Shown: positions 52,437 through 62,694 of the stretch, one piece after another | Position numbering within the stretch: position 1 is the stretch's first letter | Layout of the letters: each line of letters starts with the position of its first letter | Source of the DNA: Shigella phage Sf25 | Strand: one strand, 5' to 3' | Length of the DNA stretch: 64,000 bases | Sequence record: MF327009 | Notes under the pieces: model-generated | Seen by the model: only the letters and a program-made list of their open reading frames with translations | Database searches by the model: none | What the model was told of the DNA's origin: nothing | Program-made: the position numbers and the translations under genes

Positions 52437-53610
52437 TAAATTCTTCCATATCACTTAACTGCTCGAGGTCAGTTTCTAAATCAGCTGCTGATTTACTTTT
52501 ACTTTCTGGAGATTTAAATTTTTCAACCTTTGAGTTAATCAATTCATCAACTTCAGCTTCAACAATTTCATTACTATCAATAGCACCTAACTGATAAGCA
52601 CGTTTAATAGCATCTCGGAATGGCTGATGCTTAAATAAAGGACCCCAGAATGTAGTGCAGTTGGTATCTTTTGCACGCCAAGATTTTTCTTCGCGAATCA
52701 TCTCACCGGTTTCTTCGTCAAGAAATTCACGAGCATACCAGCCATTTTTAGGTTTTACCACAAATCCTAATTCAAGAGCCATATCTAACAATCCAGAATA
52801 AGGATCGATGCCACCGTCAAATTTAACATCAATAAAGAATTTACTTTTTTCTTTAACGGTACGAGATTTTTCTACATTTAGAACAAATTGATACCCCTGA
52901 AGATCAGAACCATCTTTAATCTGGCGCTTACCGATAATGAATACAGTATCAGCCGAATACATTACGCCTGTACCACCTGTCATCACGGTTTTACTAAACA
53001 TTTCAATTGTTTCAATTGTATGGTTAACCGCAACACATGGAATATTTTTAATGCTAAAGTAAGGAGTAACAATACGGAATAATGACTTCAGTGATTTAGC
53101 ACGAGTCATATCTGCCACAGATTTTTCATTCAAGGCATCTTCAGTTTCTTTCTTAGAAGCCATATTACCGATTGAGTCGATGAATACAATAACTTTTTCA
53201 CCGCGCTCAATAGCTTCAAGCTGATTCACCATATCAATTTTTAGCTGTTCAACTGACTGAATCGGCGTATGAATTACTCGTTCTGGGTCAACCCCCATGG
53301 ATCGCAAATAAGCTGGAGTAATACCAAATTCGCTATCATAGAATAGACAAACCGCGTCAGGATATTTGTTCAAATATGCCGCAACCATAGTCAAAGACAT
53401 ATTTGATTTAAAGTGTTTAGAAGGCCCTGCGAAAATAGTTAAACCAGACTGCATACCGCCATCAATCGCACCAGAAATAGCAATATTAAGCATTGGAATT
53501 TTTGTACGAATTACATCCTTTTCATTAAAGAATTTAGATGTAGTCAGTTCAGCAGTCATTTTAGAAGTGGAAGCTTTAATCAAACGGGATTTTAAATCTG
53601 CAATAGACAT
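52429..53610 (-). CDS. uvsX: Recombinase UvsX (RecA-like)
   Basis: 393 aa; RecA-fold sequence with Walker A GPSKHFKS. Confidence 0.92.
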   Translation of the reverse strand: MSIADLKSRLIKASTSKMTAELTTSKFFNEKDVIRTKIPMLNIAISGAIDGGMQSGLTIFAGPSKHFKSNMSLTMVAAYLNKYPDAVCLFYDSEFGITPAYLRSMGVDPERVIHTPIQSVEQLKIDMVNQLEAIERGEKVIVFIDSIGNMASKKETEDALNEKSVADMTRAKSLKSLFRIVTPYFSIKNIPCVAVNHTIETIEMFSKTVMTGGTGVMYSADTVFIIGKRQIKDGSDLQGYQFVLNVEKSRTVKEKSKFFIDVKFDGGIDPYSGLLDMALELGFVVKPKNGWYAREFLDEETGEMIREEKSWRAKDTNCTTFWGPLFKHQPFRDAIKRAYQLGAIDSNEIVEAEVDELINSKVEKFKSPESKSKSAADLETDLEQLSDMEEFNE

Positions 53611-53687
53611 TCATTTTTTCCATAGGCATCATTATATTTTCCTCACTGGTTAAAGATAGAGTAATTATAACACAATAAATTTAGGCA

Positions 53688-54536
53688 TTAATCAACTGCT
53701 ATTGGATGAATAGCATTAAACTTATGAAATGCTTCTGATTTTTCTTTACGTGAAACGCACATGCGAAGAACCTTTAATGGTTCGTCTTCTTCACCCAACG
53801 ATTTTCGTTTTTCAATATTAGAAGTTTTCCAACGAGCTTGCTCTGGAAACTCTCTATTGATTTGCTCAAGCGCTCTATTATGTTTAGAATTACTACGAAT
53901 TGAACTGCACCCGCCAGGAGCTTGTGCTTTTCCAGATACAACCAGATATTTGAACAAGGCCAAATGCGGATAACCTTGATTAATTAAATTGAGAAATGCA
54001 TACATATCTTCGCACAAATCAATTTTTCCATACCCAATTTGTTCTGTCGTAAGTTTTCCAAGGTCATACCATGTATTCGTGAATCCATATGAATTTTCAC
54101 GATAATTACCCCAAGATGAAGTAATTTTAAAAATTGGTAGGCGAGCATGACCATGATAATACCCGCAATCCATGGCATCCTCAACGTATTGAATCAATTC
54201 ATAGAACTGTTCACGGGTTAATTGATTGACTTTATCTACACAACGACGGTCATCTCTTTTTCGCATTGAACTCATACGAATAGTAGTATCATCGTCAATC
54301 ATCCAGATTCGTTGACCTGCATACATATCAGTAATTGCTTTACGAGTACCGGCAATTCCGTTTACATCATCAGGAATAGTTATAATTTTAGCTCTAGACC
54401 CATAAGCGTCATAATAAGCTTTTTCTTCATGTTCACGCACTACAATATGGGGTTCATAATCAGTCGGAAACATATCAAGGGCAGAAACTGCCCCGACACG
54501 CTGATAACTTGGAATTACGAATTGAATCATTTCCAC
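53688..54536 (-). CDS. Putative GT-A-fold glycosyltransferase at the beta-gt locus (T2/T6-type beta-alpha-glucosyltransferase-like)
   Basis: 282 aa; DxD-type motif IDDDTT; position between uvsX and gene 42. Confidence 0.55.
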   Translation of the reverse strand: MEMIQFVIPSYQRVGAVSALDMFPTDYEPHIVVREHEEKAYYDAYGSRAKIITIPDDVNGIAGTRKAITDMYAGQRIWMIDDDTTIRMSSMRKRDDRRCVDKVNQLTREQFYELIQYVEDAMDCGYYHGHARLPIFKITSSWGNYRENSYGFTNTWYDLGKLTTEQIGYGKIDLCEDMYAFLNLINQGYPHLALFKYLVVSGKAQAPGGCSSIRSNSKHNRALEQINREFPEQARWKTSNIEKRKSLGEEDEPLKVLRMCVSRKEKSEAFHKFNAIHPIAVD

Positions 54537-55381
54537 TCACCGTTATAATCTTTTTTCACAATATGAGTTTCGCCAGTATTCCACCAATGATCAACCAAGT
54601 AAAAATGACGAGAATATACATGAAGACTTCCAACATTCCATATAATAGAACCTGCTTTATACTGACGAGTTGAATCGCCGGCATTCAAATCAGATACTAA
54701 TTTATCTAATACGTATTTTTGCCATGCATAATCATTACGGAATCCGAAGACCACGTCATTTGAGCGCATGCTTACTACTGCATTGACTTTCTTATCACGA
54801 ATCAGGTACTGTACTGTATTAGTACACATGAAATCTGACATACCATCTTTATTGTAGTCAAATTGCATGGATGGACGAGTCATGCTTACTACTGCATTGA
54901 CTTTCTTATCACGAATCAGGTACTGTACTGTATTAGTACACATGAAATCTGACATACCATCTTTATTGTAGTCAAATTGCATGGATGGACGAGTATAAAT
55001 CATGATACCACGTCGAGAATCAGGATTTTGACCAAGTTCAGCTAAACACATATCATACTGGGCATAGTTATCTTCTGACCAAATAGCCCAACCATAATTC
55101 GAGTTAATTTCGCCTTTAGAAGATGCTACCTGCTGCCAAATCTTTGGTGTTTCGCCTGGAATATCTTTGACAAACAGACTTTGAGACTTGTACCATTCAA
55201 GTTCACGCTGAATGTATTCATCATTAAGAGCGCCAAAAATAAAGGGTTCATCTGCTACAAATGATGCGCCAATAATTTCAATAGTTTTAACACCGGTTTT
55301 ATCAACTACGAAATCTTTTTCTTTTAATGCAAGCCCCAAATGAAGACGGATTTCTTCAACTGTCATAAAGTCACTAATCAT
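54527..55381 (-). CDS. 42: dCMP hydroxymethylase gp42; 284 aa including a 38-aa in-frame tandem duplication
   Basis: ThyA-like fold sequence; peptide TRPSMQFDYNKDGMSDFMCTNTVQYLIRDKKVNAVVSM occurs twice. Confidence 0.9.
   Translation of the reverse strand: MISDFMTVEEIRLHLGLALKEKDFVVDKTGVKTIEIIGASFVADEPFIFGALNDEYIQRELEWYKSQSLFVKDIPGETPKIWQQVASSKGEINSNYGWAIWSEDNYAQYDMCLAELGQNPDSRRGIMIYTRPSMQFDYNKDGMSDFMCTNTVQYLIRDKKVNAVVSMTRPSMQFDYNKDGMSDFMCTNTVQYLIRDKKVNAVVSMRSNDVVFGFRNDYAWQKYVLDKLVSDLNAGDSTRQYKAGSIIWNVGSLHVYSRHFYLVDHWWNTGETHIVKKDYNGEWK
54767..54994. repeat. Exact direct tandem duplication, 2 x 114 bp, inside gene 42
   Basis: catgcttactactgcattgactttcttatcacgaatcagg... begins at 54767 and 54881. 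Confidence 0.9.
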
Positions 55382-55388
55382 TTAAACC

Positions 55389-55538
55389 TCAATTGATACA
55401 TTCATATTTAACTTGTAACAGTAATAAGCTCCAACCTAAAATAATAGTCGGAATCATAAGAGGAACCGTTACACTATAGTATATACTTATTATAATCATC
55501 AAGATTAAAAGCAACACTGTTATAATTTTGCTTTTCAT
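55389..55538 (-). CDS. Small hydrophobic membrane peptide (49 aa)
   Basis: Hand translation MKSKIITVLLLILMIIISIYYSVTVPLMIPTIILGWSLLLLQVKYECIN; ATG overlaps the imm stop (ATGA). Confidence 0.45.
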   Translation of the reverse strand: MKSKIITVLLLILMIIISIYYSVTVPLMIPTIILGWSLLLLQVKYECIN

Positions 55539-55786
55539 TCTTTCTCTCTGATGATAATTACCTGATTTGGCTGTGCAGACTTTTTAGTTTCACCAGCAAT
55601 TGACCAAATAAATGTAATAAACCAACCAATAATTGACCAGTTAAACAGTAAAGATGTGAAAAAGATTCCTACTGTCGATTTTGACCCACGCATCAAGGCG
55701 ATAAACCATGGAAGCATGTATATAATAATAGCCAACACACCTGAAACTAAAACCATAAAAATTGAACCTGCTACTAAAGTTTCCAT
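55535..55786 (-). CDS. imm: Immunity to superinfection membrane protein Imm
   Basis: 83 aa; two hydrophobic segments. Confidence 0.75.
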   Translation of the reverse strand: METLVAGSIFMVLVSGVLAIIIYMLPWFIALMRGSKSTVGIFFTSLLFNWSIIGWFITFIWSIAGETKKSAQPNQVIIIREKE

Positions 55787-55793
55787 GTTTTCC

Positions 55794-56174
55794 TCACTTA
55801 GTCAAATTTTTTACGCATGAATTATAAGAATTCACTACATACTCCATCGGAGCATTTTTACCAGTACGCCATTGGTAATTATTAGCCCAATTAGCCCAAA
55901 GCTCGGCGCAGTAGTTTTCAATTTTTTCTTCGCGTGTAATTACATCAGAATTACGATATGCTTGAGCAGATTCATTTGGACGAATAGCTTCGTCAAAATT
56001 CGCCTGCATTTGTTCTACTGTTTGCTTTGGAGCTTCTTTATAACACTTGACATTAGGATTATAAAATTTGCTTGAACAGTTTACAATTTTTCCTACATCA
56101 GACTGATTTATTACCGGTCCTTGAGCTACACAACCAGTAAGACCTAATGCAATAACCAAAATAGCGATTTTCAT
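55794..56174 (-). CDS. Putative lipoprotein
   Basis: 126 aa; signal sequence with lipobox LTGC (MKIAILVIALGLTGCVAQ). Confidence 0.55.
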   Translation of the reverse strand: MKIAILVIALGLTGCVAQGPVINQSDVGKIVNCSSKFYNPNVKCYKEAPKQTVEQMQANFDEAIRPNESAQAYRNSDVITREEKIENYCAELWANWANNYQWRTGKNAPMEYVVNSYNSCVKNLTK

Positions 56175-56184
56175 AATAATTTCC

Positions 56185-56433
56185 TCAAATGCAAGTAGTA
56201 ATTACTCCAGTAGTGCTTATGCAGGTATTACCCATTTGCACACCTAAAGATCCATTTGTATTCACATGAAGATTATCATCAATTTTAACTGATATTTTAC
56301 CATTAGTGTGAATAACGGTGCTAGATTCAATCACAGGTTGAGTATCATTTTCAACACTAACAAATGGAACTGCTGCTAATGCAACTAAACAAACTGCTAA
56401 GCATCCCATAACAATTTTCATTTTATTCTCCAA
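56185..56433 (-). CDS. Small secreted or membrane protein
   Basis: 82 aa; hydrophobic N-terminus MKIVMGCLAVCLVALAAVPFVSV. Confidence 0.5.
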   Translation of the reverse strand: MENKMKIVMGCLAVCLVALAAVPFVSVENDTQPVIESSTVIHTNGKISVKIDDNLHVNTNGSLGVQMGNTCISTTGVITTCI

Positions 56434-56455
56434 ATCCGTATTAGTTGATAGTTGT

Positions 56456-56485
56456 ATAGTACCATGGAAGAACAGTCTTGTAAAC
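56456..56485 (-). promoter_or_regulatory. Putative early promoter (GTTTAC-N18-TACTAT)
   Basis: Reverse complement GTTTACAAGACTGTTCTTCCATGGTACTAT. Confidence 0.5.
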
Positions 56486-56564
56486 AGTTTTGTGAAAATT
56501 TTTTAGGGAATTCTAAAGGTCCAGAATCATCTGTTTTTCATAAGTATAGATTTATATTACTTGT

Positions 56565-56589
56565 ATGAAAAAGGGACCCGGAGGTCCCT
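56565..56589 (-). terminator. Intrinsic terminator downstream of gene 43
   Basis: Minus strand GGGACC-UCCG-GGTCCC followed by TTTTTCATAC. Confidence 0.7.
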
Positions 56590-56601
56590 AGATTTATTCT
56601 A

Positions 56602-59445
56602 TCAGCCAAACAGGAAGTCTAACGAAGCTTTTTCTTCATAGTCCATACCAGCCGATTCACACATGCCTGCAAGCGGTTTAACAAACGATTTTTGGAACAA
56701 AGTTGAGTAGTCAATCCAAGACAGTACGTCAGAACGAATTTCTTTTGGAAGTTCTGTACCCGACGGCCAAGCAATGCATTTGTCACCAAATGGATTTCCT
56801 TCACGCAATGGAAGAACCATTACTTTATTTCCATCCAAAATTGGAGCTACACCTAAACCGCTAACAGCTCGACGATAAGTTAGCACACCACGAATATGGA
56901 ACGGACATTTAAATCCTGGCCAACCTTTATCATCATATTTCGCTATATCGTTCGCAGTTTTTACTTCAGCAATAACTTTATAGTCAAGTTGACGATATTC
57001 TTTCTCGAAGTTCTTGTAATATTCTTGGACAGACTCTTCACCTTCCTGAAGAATACGACGAATACTTTCTTCGAGAGCTTCTTGGACCGCTTTAGGCGTT
57101 GAACTCTGCTGAGTTTCCATACCCATGATTTTTAGATGCGGTTCAGCAAATCGCTTATCTTCCATATCATATACGTTCAGAGCATAACGCTTTTTCGCTT
57201 TCCAAAATCCGCCAACGCCCTTTGAACCAAGTGGAGGGCAAGAAATAGCTTCACGGTCCATATGCATCAGATGCTCGCGGTTATTCATATAATCACATAA
57301 CTCACGATATGCAACATCAATCATAGGTTCCATCTTTTTCTTACCGAACTGATTCATGAATTCAACTAAATCGTTCTGCTCTTTGAATCGGTCAAGACCA
57401 ACTTTTTCAATAACTTTATCTACACAAACATATACCGAATCAGTATCACCTGCTGCAATGAAATCTTCGCCATTAGTTCCGCATACTTTATTCAGATATT
57501 CATTAATTTTACGAGCAATCCACTGAATACCAACTTGGCCGAAAATTGTGATAGCAGTAGCATTTCGCAAATCATAGTAACGGAAATGAATATTACCAAG
57601 AGCACCATAAAGACTGTTAATAAGAATTTTACGGTTCAGCTGATTTGTGTTAGCAAGTGTAGCTGCTTTTTCACACTCTTCGATCAAACTATTAAGAACA
57701 GATTCGGTGTAATTCGATAGTTCATTTAAGAAATCATCACTGAACTTAACATATCGTTCAACTTCTGGTTTAGTTGAGCAAGACCCTGCGCCTTTCATAA
57801 TAATCTTTTTAATAGCTTCGGCATTCATTTCTTCAGCGAACATTTTCTTTTTCCAATCTTTACGCTGGAAAAATACTTTAGCGATTTCCTTTGGAATGAT
57901 ACCTTCTTGATGCTTATCATACATCCATCCATTCGGAGAACAAGAATATTCATCACTCGGTTTAGGAGCTGTTCCTGCGATATATTCATGAATTGGATGA
58001 ACTTTAAACTGACCACGAATAGTCTCAGGACTAATGTTAACCTGACGAATAATGCTCGGATACAGAGACGTCAAGTCAAAACTCATAATATATCGACGAG
58101 CAATTGGTTTAGGTTCAAACACAAATGCACCCGGAAAACTCTGTTTAACGTGCGAACCTTGTTGAGGAATAACCTTATGTTCACCTTTCAATGAGTTAAA
58201 AATAATAGCATCCCAAGTTTTAATAGGACTCATTACACCGGAAAAAGGCATTTTAGCGTAATAAGACATACTTAAAACTAGATCGATAAACCCGCGAATT
58301 TTATCAATTGCTTGAACTGATTCTACGTCAATGATGTTATAACTAATGTATCGTTGATGATTAGTCTCACGAAGTTTATTAATAGGACCGTCGTATGGTA
58401 ATTTACCTTTTTTGGTTTCATGTTGAGCAACTGATTCCAAAGAGAATGACGGCAAATTAGTAAAAGCGAATTTCTTGTACAAATCTAAATAATCAAGAAT
58501 AGATACGCCATCAATAGAATAAATTTCTTTGCTGCCGTACATATTTTGAATTAGTTTGGATTTTACCCGACCGATTGGAGAGAAACGTTTCATACTGCGT
58601 TCGCCTAGAATCATTTTAACACGATTCATGATATATGGAACGTCAAACCCCTCAATATTCCAACCGGTAAAAATAGCAGGTCGTTTCTGTTCCCAGAGAT
58701 TGATATATTCCATGAGCATATCACGCTCATTATCGAATGGCATATAAATTACTCGGTCAAGAATTTCTTGAGGAACTTCATCACCACCTTCACAGTCAAG
58801 CTTAGCAGCTAACTTTGCATCCCATTTTGATACTGAACCGTACATTGAATTCAAAAGGTCGAAAACATAAAAACGATCGTCAATTGAATCGTAATGAGTG
58901 ATAGCATCAATTTCATATTCAGCTTTCATTGGGTCAGGAAATTTATCACCAGTAACCTCAATGTCACAGTTAGCTACACGAACACCGTACATTGAATTCA
59001 AAAGGTCGAAAACATAAAAACGATCGTCAATTGAATCGTAATGAGTGATAGCATCAATTTCATATTCAGCTTTCATTGGGTCAGGAAATTTATCACCAGT
59101 AACCTCAATGTCACAGTTAGCTACACGAACAAATTTTCGGTCATAAACAATTTCTGAACCATATGTATCACTGATATAAGCGAGTTTAAAATCGTTCATA
59201 CCGAGAGCTTCGAGACCGATGTCTTCCATTCGCTTCATCCAATCTCGAGCATCTTTCATTGATGGAAATTTTTGAGGAGCGCAGTTTTTACCATAGATGT
59301 CTTTGTACTTTGACTCTTCCTTACAATGCCTAAACATAGTTGGAAGATATTCTACTTCACGAGTACGTTCCTTTCCATTTTCATCAATATAACGTTCAAC
59401 AATATTATTTCCGACTGTTTCAATAGAGATATAAAATTCTTTCAT
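56602..59445 (-). CDS. 43: DNA polymerase gp43 (family B); 947 aa including a 49-aa in-frame tandem duplication in the N-terminal/exonuclease region
   Basis: Pol B motifs (DxxSLYPS-like FDLTSLYPSII, YGDTDS-like GDTDSVY); peptide VRVANCDIEVTGDKFPDPMKAEYEIDAITHYDSIDDRFYVFDLLNSMYG occurs twice. Confidence 0.92.
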   Translation of the reverse strand: MKEFYISIETVGNNIVERYIDENGKERTREVEYLPTMFRHCKEESKYKDIYGKNCAPQKFPSMKDARDWMKRMEDIGLEALGMNDFKLAYISDTYGSEIVYDRKFVRVANCDIEVTGDKFPDPMKAEYEIDAITHYDSIDDRFYVFDLLNSMYGVRVANCDIEVTGDKFPDPMKAEYEIDAITHYDSIDDRFYVFDLLNSMYGSVSKWDAKLAAKLDCEGGDEVPQEILDRVIYMPFDNERDMLMEYINLWEQKRPAIFTGWNIEGFDVPYIMNRVKMILGERSMKRFSPIGRVKSKLIQNMYGSKEIYSIDGVSILDYLDLYKKFAFTNLPSFSLESVAQHETKKGKLPYDGPINKLRETNHQRYISYNIIDVESVQAIDKIRGFIDLVLSMSYYAKMPFSGVMSPIKTWDAIIFNSLKGEHKVIPQQGSHVKQSFPGAFVFEPKPIARRYIMSFDLTSLYPSIIRQVNISPETIRGQFKVHPIHEYIAGTAPKPSDEYSCSPNGWMYDKHQEGIIPKEIAKVFFQRKDWKKKMFAEEMNAEAIKKIIMKGAGSCSTKPEVERYVKFSDDFLNELSNYTESVLNSLIEECEKAATLANTNQLNRKILINSLYGALGNIHFRYYDLRNATAITIFGQVGIQWIARKINEYLNKVCGTNGEDFIAAGDTDSVYVCVDKVIEKVGLDRFKEQNDLVEFMNQFGKKKMEPMIDVAYRELCDYMNNREHLMHMDREAISCPPLGSKGVGGFWKAKKRYALNVYDMEDKRFAEPHLKIMGMETQQSSTPKAVQEALEESIRRILQEGEESVQEYYKNFEKEYRQLDYKVIAEVKTANDIAKYDDKGWPGFKCPFHIRGVLTYRRAVSGLGVAPILDGNKVMVLPLREGNPFGDKCIAWPSGTELPKEIRSDVLSWIDYSTLFQKSFVKPLAGMCESAGMDYEEKASLDFLFG
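58837..59130. repeat. Exact direct tandem duplication, 2 x 147 bp, inside gene 43
   Basis: accgtacattgaattcaaaaggtcgaaaacataaaaacgatcg... begins at 58837 and 58984. Confidence 0.9.
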
Positions 59446-59500
59446 AGATATTCCTTAGTTTATAGCCCGAGTTATTAGGCTCTTGATATATTATACTCCA
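59446..59500 (-). promoter_or_regulatory. Gene 43 5' control region: candidate autogenous translational operator hairpin next to the Shine-Dalgarno, plus a -10 TATAAT element
   Basis: Minus strand GGAGTATAATATATCAAGAGCCTAATAACTCGGGCTATAAACTAAGGAATATCTATG. Confidence 0.45.
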
Positions 59501-59523
59501 AATAAGGGGCCGAAGCCCCTTGC

Positions 59524-59787
59524 TTAAATTAGTACTATTTGTCGGTGAAAAATTGTCATTCCATCTGCATTAATTGACTTAACGACTGCAGTAAAGTGTT
59601 TTTGTTCTGGATGAATTAATTTTTGAAATTCTACCTGAAATTTTAGTTGAAGGTTTTCTGGTAAATCAAAAAGTGTTTCTGTTGCAGAAAGATTATATTT
59701 TTCTTTAAGAGACGTCATGTATTCTTGTGGAGTTATAGCAGTCATATTAATTACCAATCGTATATTTAGGAACGAGTTTCCATTCAT
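59524..59787 (-). CDS. Hypothetical protein
   Basis: ORF track 87 aa; overlaps regA 3' end. Confidence 0.4.
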   Translation of the reverse strand: MNGNSFLNIRLVINMTAITPQEYMTSLKEKYNLSATETLFDLPENLQLKFQVEFQKLIHPEQKHFTAVVKSINADGMTIFHRQIVLI

Positions 59788-60115
59788 GTTTTTGTTTAAA
59801 AGAAATAACTCGGAAGTTATTAGTTAAATCTTTCATAAAAGTTCTTTGACCAGGAACGATTTCAATCAATCCCCAATCTTCTAACAACCATGCAATCGAA
59901 TCACGACGAACTTCATCTTCTTCTGCCATTTCAACTTGACGACCATCCATACGAAGCATTTCTTTAAAATGAACGATATAGTATAGTCCTTTTTTCTGAA
60001 GAATATGACAGGACTGATACAGAACTTTATCTTTATTATTAGCAATTCCCATACGAGTCAAAGTTTCTTTTACTTTCAGAAAATCTTCAGGTTTTTTAAG
60101 AGTAATTTCAATCAT
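59747..60115 (-). CDS. regA: Translational repressor RegA
   Basis: 122 aa MIEITLKKPEDFLKVKETLTRMGIANNKDK... Confidence 0.9.
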   Translation of the reverse strand: MIEITLKKPEDFLKVKETLTRMGIANNKDKVLYQSCHILQKKGLYYIVHFKEMLRMDGRQVEMAEEDEVRRDSIAWLLEDWGLIEIVPGQRTFMKDLTNNFRVISFKQKHEWKLVPKYTIGN

Positions 60116-60116
60116 T

Positions 60117-60541
60117 TTACCATTCCAATGCTAGTTTTTTGAGTTGTTTCTGTTCTTTTACGTTCTTAGTCACTTCTTTCAAAAAATCATATCTTCGACC
60201 AGTTTTGCCCATTTACCATATCTTTTACCACGAGGAACTGCAGCCATCAGATAATTAAAATGAGCTTCATCACTTAAGCCTGATCCAATTAAATTCATAG
60301 CATATACAGCTGGCATGCACTCTGGAAATTGTGATAATGCATTTTCAACCATGAATTTTGAATAATCTTTTTGAGCAATAGAGCATTTAGTTTTATTATT
60401 AATAGCTCCAATTATTTCAAAAAATTCATTTTCAGCTTTTTCTTTAAAAGAATCAGCAGCAGATTGGACAGCTGTCCAATCTTTTGAATACCAAGCAACT
60501 TGATGCTCGTTTAATTGAATATCATCTTCAAATAAGCTCAT
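60117..60541 (-). pseudogene. 62: Clamp loader small subunit gp62, disrupted by an internal frameshifting lesion
   Basis: N-terminal frame [22 protein letters not shown]... stops at 60179 (...KLVEDMIF*); downstream, out of frame, [23 protein letters not shown] ends at the regA start. Confidence 0.55.
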
Positions 60542-60542
60542 A

Positions 60543-61502
60543 TCACTTCCACTGCATTTCACATGCTAATTGAATGAAAAGATAAGCTAAATGTAATTCA
60601 GTGTTAGCTGCAATACCATGATACTGATTATTTTCACCAACAATTTCGTACATACGAATAATACTTTGCGGAGTTACACGTGAATAGATTTCTTCGGCAA
60701 GTTTACCCACGAACCACGAATAATCAGCTGCATATTTTGGTGCTAAAGCTCTGAGTTGTTTAACATCTTTATTTTTGAGAGACTCAAGAACATCATCAAT
60801 AGCACCACGATCGTTAGTAACCAGTGATAAAATACCAGCATCCAAAACACCTTTAGATGAATAACTATCGAGCTCACCAATAGTTTTACGAAAATCAGGA
60901 AAATTCTTTTTAACCAAAGCTGCTACAACTTTCATATCAGCTATAGCAATTCCTTCATGCTTGCAGATTTCAGTCAATCGACGAATCATCTGCTTCATCA
61001 TTTCAATTTTATCTTCATCGGTCGGTTGACCGAATGTAATAACTCGGCAGCGTGACTGGAGAGGTTTAATAATACCATCAATATTGTTAGCAGTAATAAT
61101 AATACTACAGTTTGAACTATAAGCTTCCATAAAGGAACGAAGATGTCGCTGAGACTCTGCTAACCCTGAGCGGTCAAATTCATCAATAACGATTACTTTT
61201 TGACGACCATCAAATGAAGCGGCGCTGGCAAAATTAGTCAAAGGACCACGAACGAAATCAATTTTACAATCTGACCCATTCACAAACATCATATCAGCAT
61301 TTACATCATGACACAATGCTTTCGCTACAGTTGTTTTACCTGTTCCTGGAGAAGGAGAATGAAGAATAATATGTGGAATTTTACCTTTACTTGTAATAGA
61401 TTTAAAGGTTTCTTTATCAAAGGCGGGAAGAATACATTCATCGATAGTAGATGGACGATATTTCTGTTCAAGAATGTGTTCTTTTTCATTTACGGTAATC
61501 AT
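60543..61502 (-). CDS. 44: Clamp loader large subunit gp44 (AAA+)
   Basis: Probable start MITVNEKEH (319 aa); Walker [11 protein letters not shown]. Confidence 0.92.
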
Positions 61503-61553
61503 AATTTCCTCATACAAGTTTTAGTGTAAATTATAAAGGGCCGAAGCCCTCTA

Positions 61554-62240
61554 TTAAAAATCGTGGGTAGAATCAGCTTCAAGAGCTACTACATAATTCG
61601 CATGTTCACCTTCAAATTTAGCAGCGCCTTGTTTACCTTTTGCCCAAAGCAGAAGTTTATAATTTCCTGGTTGCATTTTCATATTTGCCATATTGATAAT
61701 GAAATTAAATGTATTTTCACCATCATAATCACCAAGAGTCAAAGAATATTTAACACGGGTAAGAGCAGAATCTTCTACTTTATTAAAACCGTTAATTACG
61801 ATTTTACCTTCTTTTACCGTGATAGCAATTGTATCAATTTGCAGACCACGAGATACACGCAACAGCTGTTGAAGGTCTTCAGCTTTAATTTCAGTAACAA
61901 CAGATGCTACCGGGAATGGAATTGGTTTATTAGGAGCAACTACTGTACTCGGATCGGCTGCTGGCCAAAAAATTGTTGAACGAGCATCAGCAATTTTAAT
62001 ATTTCCATCTTCTGACTGGGAAATTTCTGCATCATCATTAACTAGAGACAGAATACCGAGAAAACCGTTCAAATCGTAAATTGCTACATCAAAATCAATA
62101 ACGTCAGAAATATTTGCTTCCGCATAAGTTGTACCATTAACTGCGCGAGTCATAATAAATTGACCGGATTTAAGCATAATACCGGAGTTAATAGTAGCGA
62201 AATTTTTAAGCAGAGCAGTAGTATCTTTAGACAGTTTCAT
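61554..62240 (-). CDS. 45: Sliding clamp gp45
   Basis: 228 aa MKLSKDTTALLKNFATINSGIMLKSGQFIMTRAVNG... Confidence 0.92.
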   Translation of the reverse strand: MKLSKDTTALLKNFATINSGIMLKSGQFIMTRAVNGTTYAEANISDVIDFDVAIYDLNGFLGILSLVNDDAEISQSEDGNIKIADARSTIFWPAADPSTVVAPNKPIPFPVASVVTEIKAEDLQQLLRVSRGLQIDTIAITVKEGKIVINGFNKVEDSALTRVKYSLTLGDYDGENTFNFIINMANMKMQPGNYKLLLWAKGKQGAAKFEGEHANYVVALEADSTHDF

Positions 62241-62295
62241 GTAATTTCCTTCAATTCAAATGAGATTTAATTTTATAACTAATTTAATAAAGCAA

Positions 62296-62685
62296 TTAAC
62301 GATTAAAATCAGCCGCAATTGTTTCAGCAACAATTTGAGCAGCAACAATTAGGCGTTCATCTGCATTACCGCAATATTCATCTTCTAAACGTTCACCGCA
62401 TGAAGTCATAATAAATTTAGCACCGGCGTTTAGGGATTCTGCAGTATGTTTGCGCATTAGTTCAATCCATTTATTACTTACTTCACGATCGATAGCTTCA
62501 TAATACGCATGACGAGCAGGTGCAGATTTAATTTTGTTCTGAATAACTTCCATTGCGTTATCAGAAAGAGACAAAACCCATGCGCGACGAATTTTATTTT
62601 GGTTTTGCGGATTTGAGTCAGAACGCACGTGTTTTGGCTGAATATCTTTTACATCAACAGTATAATTCACAGTAATTTTAGTCAT
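62296..62685 (-). CDS. rpbA: RNA polymerase-binding protein RpbA
   Basis: 129 aa; position between 45 and 46. Confidence 0.7.
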   Translation of the reverse strand: MTKITVNYTVDVKDIQPKHVRSDSNPQNQNKIRRAWVLSLSDNAMEVIQNKIKSAPARHAYYEAIDREVSNKWIELMRKHTAESLNAGAKFIMTSCGERLEDEYCGNADERLIVAAQIVAETIAADFNR

Positions 62686-62694
62686 AATACACCT

